DNA of 64,000 bases, taken from NCBI GenBank assembly GCA_965644495.1, contig CBFFSA010000008.1, forward strand, positions 372,001-436,000, written 5' to 3'. Positions 10,220 to 19,828 of this stretch are shown piece by piece; within the stretch, counting starts at the first letter, position 1; each line of letters starts with the position of its first letter. The DNA comes from Perkinsela sp. CCAP 1560/9. Its lineage: Eukaryota > Protista > Euglenozoa: Kinetoplastea. The position numbers were made by a program, and so were the translations under genes. The notes beneath the pieces were generated by a model, which saw only the letters and a list, made by a program, of their open reading frames with translations, had not been told where the DNA came from and searched no databases.

Positions 10220-10836
10220 AATCGACTAGTACGTAATATAGTACGTACTATGAGATACTACTTTTTTGGAATGGAAGGATTTTTTTTCTCAGGTATTGCG
10301 GCACTCCTATTTGACAAAACAAATCGTTACTTTTGATCGAAACAGACGAGACAACCTATTTTGCATGGGCATAGTACAGTATAGAGGACTTTTGCGAGTA
10401 TTTTCACGGTCGACGCTCGGAGCTCTGCTTTTAGAGAGGGATGGGGATAACTTAAAGAGGAAAAACTGCTGCTTGAGAACTGCTGATGAGGGATTATAAC
10501 TGCTGATGATGAGGAACCATCGGAAAAATAATTAAGTTAATTATTTTTTACCAAAAGTATCCTACGAGAGGATCTCAGTTGCCCATGAGGTGCATAAATT
10601 AATCTAATTCGTTTCTGCACCTTTCGTTGTCAGAAAAAGCCCTCTTCTGGGGCATAGTGCTGTAGTAATGTCGAGCTAAATTCAGTCACTAAATTCACAA
10701 AAATAATCAGTTTTTTCTAAAACCCACAAATGTTTGCGTGTTAAAAAATCAAGTTCTTTTTCGAATTTTTGATACTTCCCTCAAAAGGGGCTGTGGGTAC
10801 TGTTTTTTCCCAAAAAATATTTTTCTTGTCATTTCC

Positions 10837-11938
10837 AGTGCACCACTTTTCTTAAAAACTGTATTCTCATATCCAATGCACCATCAATTATTTAAAGAAG
10901 TATTATTTTATAATATCCTTCGGATCTACACTACAAATCCGCCATTATTCAAGACTTAGTCTTTACGATCGTAATCGTATTCATGCACTCTTCGCATCTG
11001 GCGAGAGTCGGCGAAGCATAGCTCGCATAATTGGCAAAAGTCACAGCACTGTTTGTCGCGAGTTGGCGCGTAATGCAAGAAGGGGTCAGTGCTATGAGGG
11101 GATGAGGGCACATACGCCTCTTGTGTAAAAGGGTAAAGCCTCACAAGATACAAGACCTTTTGCAAGAGGAAGTCAGCTCTCGACTTCAAAAGAAGCACAG
11201 CCCGAAACAGATTGCAAATACGATCCGGAGCTGTCGTACCGCCTCGACTTCTACCATATATCGCCACATTCGTCGCAACGCGTCCTTGGGCGGCAAGTTG
11301 TACACCCATTTGCGGATCCGGCGAAAGAGGCCATACCGTCGTCGCGCTAGACCTGATCGCAGCGCGATTCCCAACCGAACGCCACTTGAAAATCGACCAG
11401 AAGTAGTCAATAAGCGTCGGCGCTACGGCGATTGGGAAGCAGACTTGGTCGACGGCCGAGGACATACCGGATATATTCTTACCCTGTGCGAGCGTAAGAG
11501 TCGCATCCTTGTTCTTCTCAAGTTGGAATCTAAGAACGCGAAGGAGGTAAGCAAACAAATTGTAGACGGGTTAAAGAACACAGGGTTCGGACGATCACAT
11601 ACGACAACGGAACAGAATTCTGACACCATGAAGAAGTAAACAAAGAATTATAATGCAAGTCTTTCTTTTGCGCTCCGTACTATTCGTGGGAGAAAGGGTC
11701 TGTGGAACATGCAAACGATTTGATCCGACAATTCCATCAGAAAACCGAATTTTTTGAGTATTTGAACCAAAGTGAATTAAACAAAACAGCATTGGAATTG
11801 AGCACTCGTCCTCGGAAATTATTAAAATATCGTTCTCCAATGGATTTTGTGAATGAACTCCTCTACATATGTGCATAAGGCCATAGTTCGTAAATCTTTC
11901 ATGGACTAGTGGTCCAGTTTTTAAAAAAGTGTAGCACT
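10837..11938 (+). mobile_element. IS30-family insertion sequence (~1.1 kb), degenerate
   Basis: Inverted repeats agtgcaccacttttcttaaaaactg (10837-10861) and cagtttttaaaaaagtgtagcact (11915-11938), 22/25 matches, flanking an IS30 transposase relic. Confidence 0.85.
10937..11878 (+). pseudogene. IS30-family DDE transposase pseudogene
   Basis: Three joined frames. HTH: HYSRLSLYDRNRIHALFASGESRRSIARIIGKSHSTVCRELARN. Middle: SPKQIA...STIYR...RPEVVNKRRRYGDWEADLV...LTLCERKSR. C-terminal: TITYDNGTEF*...CAPYYSWEKGSVEHANDLIRQF...RPRKLLKYRSP. Two frameshifts (about 11120 and 11580), two in-frame stops, and ATC where the start is expected. Confidence 0.92.
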
Positions 11939-11939
11939 T

Positions 11940-14900
11940 CTACAGATCATACACTGTGCAATCTAAGGTTGCGCTGTACTCCTGTACATCGCTTAGACTA
12001 GAGGAGGTAGGAGTGTGCACAATATGATTGCTGCTGTGTGTTATACTGTCTTGACTGTTTGTGTGAATTTTCGAAGCACTTCCACTGCCTCGCTCAAACT
12101 TTTTGTGACGTGTATGCTCTACAATTGAAGGTAGATTTGTTGACCTCTGTGGACTCCCAGATTCGGGGCGTATTTGAGTTACTGTCAAATCTTGAAAAAT
12201 GTTATATTTTTCAAGATGAGATGATTCTATCCTTTCTGACTTCGTTATGAAGGGATCCATTAAGAGATCATCGACGTCTGGGCGTCGCTCCGGATCACGT
12301 TCGAAACATTTCAAGAGGAAGTTATTCAAAATTGGGGGTAGTGATTTCGAACTAATCGTGGGCGGCAATCCAGTGCTCTGCGTTACCATTGTAATAAAGT
12401 TTGAGAGCGAGTCCGTCGAAGGCCATGGTGCCTCGCCGCTGTTCAACATTTCTACCACTGTGCATCCAACAGACCATACATCGACTTTCGCACTAAGATA
12501 ATCGTTCTTGTTAACGTCTTTTACATAATCTTGTTGCGTAGATTTTGTTGTGAAGTCATTAGTCGGAGTCAATCCCGCGTTCTCAACGACAGCTTTAAAT
12601 TCGGTCTGGTGAGAATATTCCACCATAGATGGATTTTTAGCCTTCAACTCGGAACAAGGCAATAGGTCTTTACCCTTCCACTGCACAAGGAGCTCGGGAG
12701 CAGTCCAAGGCAACGTACCGAAAGCATGCTTTGCAAAAGGATTCGTTGTGTGCTTTTCGTTATATGAACATAGCTGATTGTCCACGGTATGTGTTGCGAA
12801 AATCCTGGCATGGCCAAAATCGGCTAGTTTCAGGGTTCCTCTCGAGCTTAATAGTATATTATCCGCCTTGACATCGCAGTGTGACACCTGGTGCGCATGA
12901 AGGTGGGAAAGTCCCATCAACAGTTGCGTGGTAAATTTCTGTATGACACTAATGTCTAACTGTTGACGTCGGCATAGAGCGCCAAGTGTACCGCCTTCTG
13001 CGAATTCCATAACAATGTGTATCTCTGCTTTTTCGGGAAATATATTACAACCGTAGTATTGTACAATGTTTGGATGAGGTGGAAGCGATTTCATTAATTT
13101 TGTTTCTCTAGCAATTATTGCGATGTCTTCTTGCTGCATTGAATCGTATATAGGCAAGACTTTCATCGCCAAAAGCCCTCCACCGCGTTGGACTGCGGCA
13201 TAAACAATCCCATATGACCCTTGTCCAATTTCAGATGTCAATTTATACTGTAAAGTTGCTCGGTCAGACGTTGGGGTAAGAGGTGAATTTAGATCACCCA
13301 CGTGTTTTTCAAGCTGTTCTGTGAGCGATGCACTCGTATGACATGCAAACGTATCGCTATCGGCTTCGGGCCACGAGGGGCCGAAATTTGGCTCCAAATC
13401 ATGCCCCTCAAAGTTTAAATGAAGTAATGGGCGACGTACCTCCTCTTTTTTAACCTTTTCGGGTCCATTCTTTGTCATATAATGTATACGCAGACTTCTA
13501 TAGATTTCCAGGAAAACAAGACATAGCAATATGCAAATTATGAGACTTGTCCAAAAACGTGCACTTTCGACCAATGCGATCAAACGAAAGCTTTTCGATA
13601 GCCCTTGTGAGCTTATGTGCGTGATATTCGCCCGAAAAATAAGCAACTCTGATATGTACTCCGCCGGGCGGTATCCTCCACTGTATGCAAAATCAAATCT
13701 GCTATAGTTCCCAAAGTCTGTGACGAATGGTACCGTAACTGACGACCATGCTGCCATAAACAATCTTTGGAGTCGATTCCTTGTCTCATACACAGGAAAT
13801 AACTTCGCATTGTGCCTGTTTTTTCGCAAGCAGACAAGATCTATAAATCTCTGAGCTGACATTCTCTGCCATTGAGAAGTTGGTACGCGTAGGTCAAATG
13901 TCTCGATTCCTTCCGCTAGTTTGGGCCGCTCTATTTTCGCATCTTGAATGCCTCCTGCGACGAGAAGAAATTCAATTATTGTTCTCGGAGTTCCTAGTTT
14001 TACTGCTGTGAAGTAAGCTCGTGGTGAATGCATTGAATGCAAAGATACCCAATGCAGCAATGATTTATCGGCTGACAGAGTAGACGTACTTGTTTGCAAT
14101 GTCCTCCTCTGAACCTGAGCTCCGCGACCCACTCCCCCAATCGACAACAACGAGCAATTTGATCCACGAAGTAGTTGATGACCCGTAATTGGCAGTATGC
14201 TTCTTCTTCCGGCTGTTGTCCCGAAAACTCTTTCTTCAGAAAATGTGTCCAAATTAAACGAAAAGTACTTTTCGTCCACTATATTTCGATTATGATCTCC
14301 TCCTATTATGTACAACACCGACGAATTTCCTTTCTCGCTGCATTCCGGTGGAAGGATCACAGTCCCAGGAAAGCTTGGTGCCTTGAATGTACTGCCTCCT
14401 AGACTTCGCATTTTCCAGGAAACCGCAGCTAACCAGCGTAAACTTGGAATATGAAATACATCCACCACATGAACAGCAGGCTCTGAACCATCTCTAGGAT
14501 CGTACGAATGTCCACCTATTATAATAATAATATCGTCTTCGTATTCCTTTCCCAAGCTTCTAACAACGTTATTTCGAGAAGAATTGGTTGAATCTACTTT
14601 ACGTTTGAGTTCGGCTCTGCCATACACTCGGGGGGTGTAATATTGGCTTTCTTTCCTTAGAACTGTCCATTTCTTTGACGTTGTATTATATTGCAACGAT
14701 CGTGAGGAAGGTGCCTTGCTGCCTTGAGATCCTTCTCTTCCACCGAAAATAAACACGGAATCTCTATAATAAACGCTGGAATGTCCGTACCGTGGTCTAG
14801 GTAACGTAGTATATTCGAGAACTCCAATATCCAGTACTGAGCGTTCGGTAAAAAAAGCATTAGCGCACGTTTTATTATTCAATATTTGATTCAGATGGAT

Positions 14901-15080
14901 GCAACGTTTGTTGTCATACGCTATGTGATTTTCTTCAGTATTTAAGAAATTTTTGGTCGTGATATTCGTTGGCATGGTCTCGTTCGAAAACAGAAGCGTG
15001 CGTAATCCTTGATTGAAGGGGTGAAAAAAGGAACAATATAGCAAGACAATTACGGCGCGAAAATGCACGAAGAATGTCAT
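11940..15080 (-). CDS. Receptor-like kinase paralog: signal-like N-terminus, Kelch repeats, TM helix, non-RD STE-type kinase
   Basis: PRYGHSSVYYRDSVFIFGG, IIIIGG, LYIIGG, LLSIGG, LLVAGG. TM FWTSLIICILLCLVFLEIY. Kinase motifs GQGSYG, LAMK, HCDVKADN, DFG, GTLPWTAPE, long insert, DVWSVGC. Confidence 0.9.
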   Translation of the reverse strand: MTFFVHFRAVIVLLYCSFFHPFNQGLRTLLFSNETMPTNITTKNFLNTEENHIAYDNKRCIHLNQILNNKTCANAFFTERSVLDIGVLEYTTLPRPRYGHSSVYYRDSVFIFGGREGSQGSKAPSSRSLQYNTTSKKWTVLRKESQYYTPRVYGRAELKRKVDSTNSSRNNVVRSLGKEYEDDIIIIIGGHSYDPRDGSEPAVHVVDVFHIPSLRWLAAVSWKMRSLGGSTFKAPSFPGTVILPPECSEKGNSSVLYIIGGDHNRNIVDEKYFSFNLDTFSEERVFGTTAGRRSILPITGHQLLRGSNCSLLSIGGVGRGAQVQRRTLQTSTSTLSADKSLLHWVSLHSMHSPRAYFTAVKLGTPRTIIEFLLVAGGIQDAKIERPKLAEGIETFDLRVPTSQWQRMSAQRFIDLVCLRKNRHNAKLFPVYETRNRLQRLFMAAWSSVTVPFVTDFGNYSRFDFAYSGGYRPAEYISELLIFRANITHISSQGLSKSFRLIALVESARFWTSLIICILLCLVFLEIYRSLRIHYMTKNGPEKVKKEEVRRPLLHLNFEGHDLEPNFGPSWPEADSDTFACHTSASLTEQLEKHVGDLNSPLTPTSDRATLQYKLTSEIGQGSYGIVYAAVQRGGGLLAMKVLPIYDSMQQEDIAIIARETKLMKSLPPHPNIVQYYGCNIFPEKAEIHIVMEFAEGGTLGALCRRQQLDISVIQKFTTQLLMGLSHLHAHQVSHCDVKADNILLSSRGTLKLADFGHARIFATHTVDNQLCSYNEKHTTNPFAKHAFGTLPWTAPELLVQWKGKDLLPCSELKAKNPSMVEYSHQTEFKAVVENAGLTPTNDFTTKSTQQDYVKDVNKNDYLSAKVDVWSVGCTVVEMLNSGEAPWPSTDSLSNFITMVTQSTGLPPTISSKSLPPILNNFLLKCFERDPERRPDVDDLLMDPFITKSERIESSHLEKYNIFQDLTVTQIRPESGSPQRSTNLPSIVEHTRHKKFERGSGSASKIHTNSQDSITHSSNHIVHTPTSSSLSDVQEYSATLDCTVYDL

Positions 15081-15572
15081 AAGCTAGATATTCATTCACC
15101 AATGTTTCGTTAAAATTCAGGCGTTTGTTTGGGATAGCTGCTTCGAATCTTAACCCCTCTTAGAAAACGATATCTAAAGAATGCACACGAATTCAATTAA
15201 TAAGCAGTGCTGGCCACTCTTCAAATAGCCTCCGAACTGTGTAGCGGAATGTATCATGAACTAAGTTCTAATTCGAAAGGTGTTTTTTACTCCGAGTTTT
15301 TACCTATTAGGAAGAATTTCATACGATCCTTATCACGACAGATAAAAAGAACCTAATAAACTAGCTGAAGTTACATTAATTAATCAGTTTTCATGTACTG
15401 GTAAATTTGTTGCTCTTCGGGCTGACCTGCGTCAGTAAATGAGTAACCCAAATTGGTCACCCAAAAAAAGATTTCCTCAGTGAGAGAGATTTGATCCTTT
15501 AGCCTCAACCCGATTCTCTTACTGGGTGGTGTACGGTAATATGCCATATTGAGTAGAGACAAGACAAGGCTT

Positions 15573-16055
15573 CTAGCTTTCAAATGGCATCCCACATTTT
15601 TTCCTCAAGCTTGTAGCTTCGTTTTCCAAACGCTTCTTCTCCATTTCTAAGCGTGACATTCCAGATTCTAGTCTTATGATACGATTGTTCCTGTCCTGAA
15701 CACTACATGTTTCAAGCGATATCAGCTGTCGATTTTTTTCTTCTTTGCTCCGCTCTAATTCTATGAGTGCTGTCCTTTCAAAATTGATTTGACTAATCCT
15801 ATTTTCAATTCGCTCGGAATCTCGCACTGCATTTTCCACTTGTTTCGAGATTTCTTTGGCACGTATGCGCAAAAGGTCGTTTTGCCTGAGCAATTCCGCA
15901 TGAAAATGCATAAATTTTAAGCAAAAGCTGTGAGAGAATTCTCCCATCTGTCCAAGTTCCTGCGCAGAAAGTCTGTAAGTGTCTTGCAGGAGTTTAGTAA
16001 AGGAGAGGACTAAAGGGTCAAGCGTTTCATCGAAAGTAGTTAAGGTGCTTTGCAT
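15573..16055 (-). CDS. Hypothetical coiled-coil protein
   Basis: E/K/R/L-rich heptad pattern; start set at ATG 16055 (MQSTL). Confidence 0.55.
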   Translation of the reverse strand: MQSTLTTFDETLDPLVLSFTKLLQDTYRLSAQELGQMGEFSHSFCLKFMHFHAELLRQNDLLRIRAKEISKQVENAVRDSERIENRISQINFERTALIELERSKEEKNRQLISLETCSVQDRNNRIIRLESGMSRLEMEKKRLENEATSLRKKCGMPFES

Positions 16056-16610
16056 CAATCGTAAATAGTTAATGTACAATGCATTTAATGTGTGATTCGT
16101 CAGTGTAAATATACAATAATGTATAATTAGTGAAGTTATAGTCATGGACGCCACTCTTTTTTCAAAGTCAATATAAATAGAGAACAATGACTACACCGTC
16201 AAACTATGAGTTTGAATGTATGGAAAATAATAAGCATGAGAATTGCACATGAGAATTCTTTGATACAAGCATTTGTCCTGGGTACACCAAGATTGCACTA
16301 AGTGTGTAGGAAGATTTGCTCATCCGTCAATTTATTGAATGCCCATATGACAACTTCAGCATAACAATGAATACGTACGTGATCAGAAGACAGCATACGT
16401 CGATGAGCATATCTCTTAAAAAATCTGAACTGCGATTCAATTACAAGCGTCCCTTCAAAGCGCACGACTTCTGCCCATTAAGCACAATAAATCATGTTTA
16501 CCACATTACCTTGCGAGAGAATCTGTTCTCCGTTTACGCGAGGCACATTCTACACAAATACACTTGTAACAATATGATATGTCGTTAGAAGAGTGGAGTT
16601 GCTCATATTT

Positions 16611-18041
16611 CTATGCCTTCAATACGCGGTCGTAAAATTCGCCTTTCAGTTTGTTATCTATTTTGTTCAACATTTCTTTTGGAAACGTGCGAAGCAAAGA
16701 CCAGCATAAATCTAAACTCACAAAGATATCTCTCGTTTCATCGTATTCCTGGCGGAGGAACATGTTTTCGTATTTTTCAAGGAACTGAAGATGGAGGAGA
16801 TCCTCTGTGCTCAGCGCCTCTTCGCCAACTACAGCTTTCATAGCAAGAATATCCCTTGCGATGGCATAAGCCGCATACATTTGATTTGACACAGCACCGT
16901 GGTCTTTTCGTGTCACACCGTCCCCGATTGCGTGTTTCATCAAGCGTGACAAAGATGGCAGAATATTTATGGGGGGATATATCTGACGGTTGTGCAGCTG
17001 ACGATCGATATAAATCTGCCCTTCCGTGATATATCCCGTAAGATCGGGAATCGGATGCGTAATATCGTCATTGGGCATAGTTACAATTGGAATCTGCGTA
17101 ATCGAGCCTGGTTTCCCCGCTACCCGTCCCGCTCGCTCGTAGAGACTAGCGAGGTCGGTGTACATATACCCCGGATAACCACGTCGCCCTGGGACCTCTT
17201 CTCGCGCTGCGCTAATTTCCCGTAATGCATCGGCGTACGAGCTCATATCAGTAAGAATCACCAGCACGTGCTTGCCACAGTCGTAGGCCAGGTACTCTGC
17301 ACACGTTAAAGCGAGGCGTGGGGTGATAATACGCTCAATGGTGGGGTCATTGGCCAAGTTAAGAAATACAACTGTGCGTTCCATTGCACCGTTCTCTTCG
17401 AATTCGCGCCGAAAAAATCGTGCGGCCTCTGCCGTGACACCCATGGCGGCGAATACGATACAGAAACTCGAACTGTTGTCAGCAGCTCCTCCCCTCCTTA
17501 CCAACCCGGCCTGTCGTACGATCTGTGCGGCCAGTTCGTTATGAGGCAATCCAGCACCACTAAACAGGGGAATCTTCTGTCCACGAGAAACGGATGTCAT
17601 GACGTCAATGGAGCTGATACCAGTTTGAATCATTTCTTCGGGATACACACGCGCACTTGGGTTAATGGGCATCCCTGTAATATCCCGATAAAACTCGGGG
17701 AGAACAGGGGGTCCGTCATCGATAGGAATTCCTGAGCCATTGAAGATACGACCCAACATGTCTTCAGTGACCCCGAACTCCATAATTTTCCCGGTAAACT
17801 CGCATGTACTGTCTCGTGCATCAATACCTGCCGTTCCCTCAAATACTTGCACAACCGCTTTGCTGCCGTCAACCTCAAGTACTTGTCCACGACGAGTTGA
17901 ACCATCGGCGAGACGTAAATTCACGATCTCAGCATAGCACGGGCTTCGTACCTTTTCGAGAATAACTAAGGGCCCATTCACGGCGTTTATAGTCCTGTAC
18001 TCCAGCCGAGGCTCTGGAGTCTCCGCCTTCGTGGATGTCAT
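16611..18041 (-). CDS. VMA2: V-type H+-ATPase subunit B
   Basis: [65 protein letters not shown]. Confidence 0.98.
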   Translation of the reverse strand: MTSTKAETPEPRLEYRTINAVNGPLVILEKVRSPCYAEIVNLRLADGSTRRGQVLEVDGSKAVVQVFEGTAGIDARDSTCEFTGKIMEFGVTEDMLGRIFNGSGIPIDDGPPVLPEFYRDITGMPINPSARVYPEEMIQTGISSIDVMTSVSRGQKIPLFSGAGLPHNELAAQIVRQAGLVRRGGAADNSSSFCIVFAAMGVTAEAARFFRREFEENGAMERTVVFLNLANDPTIERIITPRLALTCAEYLAYDCGKHVLVILTDMSSYADALREISAAREEVPGRRGYPGYMYTDLASLYERAGRVAGKPGSITQIPIVTMPNDDITHPIPDLTGYITEGQIYIDRQLHNRQIYPPINILPSLSRLMKHAIGDGVTRKDHGAVSNQMYAAYAIARDILAMKAVVGEEALSTEDLLHLQFLEKYENMFLRQEYDETRDIFVSLDLCWSLLRTFPKEMLNKIDNKLKGEFYDRVLKA

Positions 18042-18243
18042 GCGCAGAAACGATAATCAAAAAATAAAAATTTAAACGTGTGGAAATAGTTGCTAGTACT
18101 AAGACGAGATGATACTTGGGAAGAGAATTTGGATACGGAAAACTGAGCCCACAGAATTATTGCATTATGAACTCATACAAATATAGAAGTATAGAACATT
18201 ACGTACAGATATTGAATGGATGCAGGTTCGTAACCTATGGGAG

Positions 18244-19536
18244 CTACACTCCCGTTGTGGCGCTTGCTTTTGATATTGTCGATATACATTGTGTAATCAG
18301 CTCAGCACATTGCGCACCGTATTTCGGACTTTTTTCTACTCTTGAAAGCTCCTTTAACGCATCATTATACTTACCGAACTGAATAAGAAGTCTCGCAGCG
18401 CATAATGTAGAGGCATACGACTCATCATGATCACCACCGTGTAGAAGAGTCGTCATTTTTCTGTGACGAAAAGCGAAGTGCAATGCTTTTTCACATTCAT
18501 TCCTTTTTTCGTAATGGGCCCGAAGCAGTGCAAGTGTTATGCGCACATTCTCATCACCTTTCTCTAAACGATTCTCTAGGAAATTTACAGCTTCCTTCAT
18601 GAAACGAAGGGCGGCGTCCTCACGCCCGCAGCGCAGCAAGGCCAAACCTAACAGGTTCTTAGCATTTGCTGTAATCACATCTTCGTGACCCATAATGCGA
18701 ATACCCTCACGAACAGCCTGTTGTAAGACAGAAACAGCTTTCTCACTGTTGTCCAATTCAAGCAGGGTCGCGCCCCACAATTGCAAATTCTTTATTCTCA
18801 GACACGTCCATCCATGTTCATCAAGATCCAGGCTCTCTGGGTCTTTGGCCGCTGCTTTTAGCTCCATTTGTATTTCATTTTCATTCAGATCTTTGTAAGA
18901 TTCACATACAGAAGCAATAATGGGCTCGGCTTTGTCATGCTCTCCTAGCATGGAGTAGGCTTCAGCTAGCCACGAGGCAACTTGGTCCGCGTACACTGGG
19001 TGACTTTTAGGGACTTTCTCTAGTACAAGTCGAGTGCGGGTGTAATCCCCGTTAAGAGCAAAAATGGTCCCTAAATTCGCTAAGCCAACGGGATCCGTGG
19101 CAAACATAGGGTATCTCTTCAACATTCTTATAGCAATCCTCATCGCCTCATTTCCTTTGCGTTGCTTACAACTCAAAACCATTTCCAATAGTAGTTGTCG
19201 TTGCATCGAAGGATCTGCTCCTGCACATGTTCGTGCAGCTTCTAGCGCGCGTTCGGCCTCGCTCAGCCAGTAGCCTTTAAGACGATACTGAGCCTCGTCT
19301 AACCATTGAAGTTGCGAGTACTCAGATGAAATTATGCCAGTGCGTGGGGGAGATATTCGTTGAAGGTGATCCGTACTCGACCAATCCGGTTGCAGCATGT
19401 ATGGTACTTCATCCGGTGTCTGCGAGCACTCACAGCGTCGATGTGTATTGAGTAGAGCATTGCTAGACAACGACGCCGTCAAACGATTTCGCATAACACG
19501 GGAAACGCGCGAAGGCAGAAGAGCCAATTTATTCAT
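18244..19536 (-). CDS. TPR-repeat protein, probable mitochondrial presequence
   Basis: R/S/L-rich N-terminus; TPR-like units (NLGTIFALNGDY, LAEAYSMLGEHDKA, NLLGLALLRCG). Confidence 0.75.
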   Translation of the reverse strand: MNKLALLPSRVSRVMRNRLTASLSSNALLNTHRRCECSQTPDEVPYMLQPDWSSTDHLQRISPPRTGIISSEYSQLQWLDEAQYRLKGYWLSEAERALEAARTCAGADPSMQRQLLLEMVLSCKQRKGNEAMRIAIRMLKRYPMFATDPVGLANLGTIFALNGDYTRTRLVLEKVPKSHPVYADQVASWLAEAYSMLGEHDKAEPIIASVCESYKDLNENEIQMELKAAAKDPESLDLDEHGWTCLRIKNLQLWGATLLELDNSEKAVSVLQQAVREGIRIMGHEDVITANAKNLLGLALLRCGREDAALRFMKEAVNFLENRLEKGDENVRITLALLRAHYEKRNECEKALHFAFRHRKMTTLLHGGDHDESYASTLCAARLLIQFGKYNDALKELSRVEKSPKYGAQCAELITQCISTISKASATTGV

Positions 19537-19828
19537 AGCGTATAGAAGTTATGTGAACTATGTTATTAGGTTACTATAGCTTATGGATTTTTTTTAGGAT
19601 TTGCAGGAGCGTCTTTTTAGGTGGAATGTACGTGCTGACTGTTTAATCTCCTTTCAGTAATTATTCGGATACTTTCAATAATGACACACATGATATTCCT
19701 AAGAACTAAATATCATCGGTTAGTAACTTAACTTATCTTGTGAGCGTTCAAGAGTCTATGACTACTAGAAGAGTCTCATGAACGAATTTATTTTGTTCTG
19801 ATAAGAACGATGATGGATGAGCCCAAAG

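Noticed and set aside
10956-11558. 200-aa minus-strand ORF
   Set aside because: It is the antisense shadow of the IS30 transposase.
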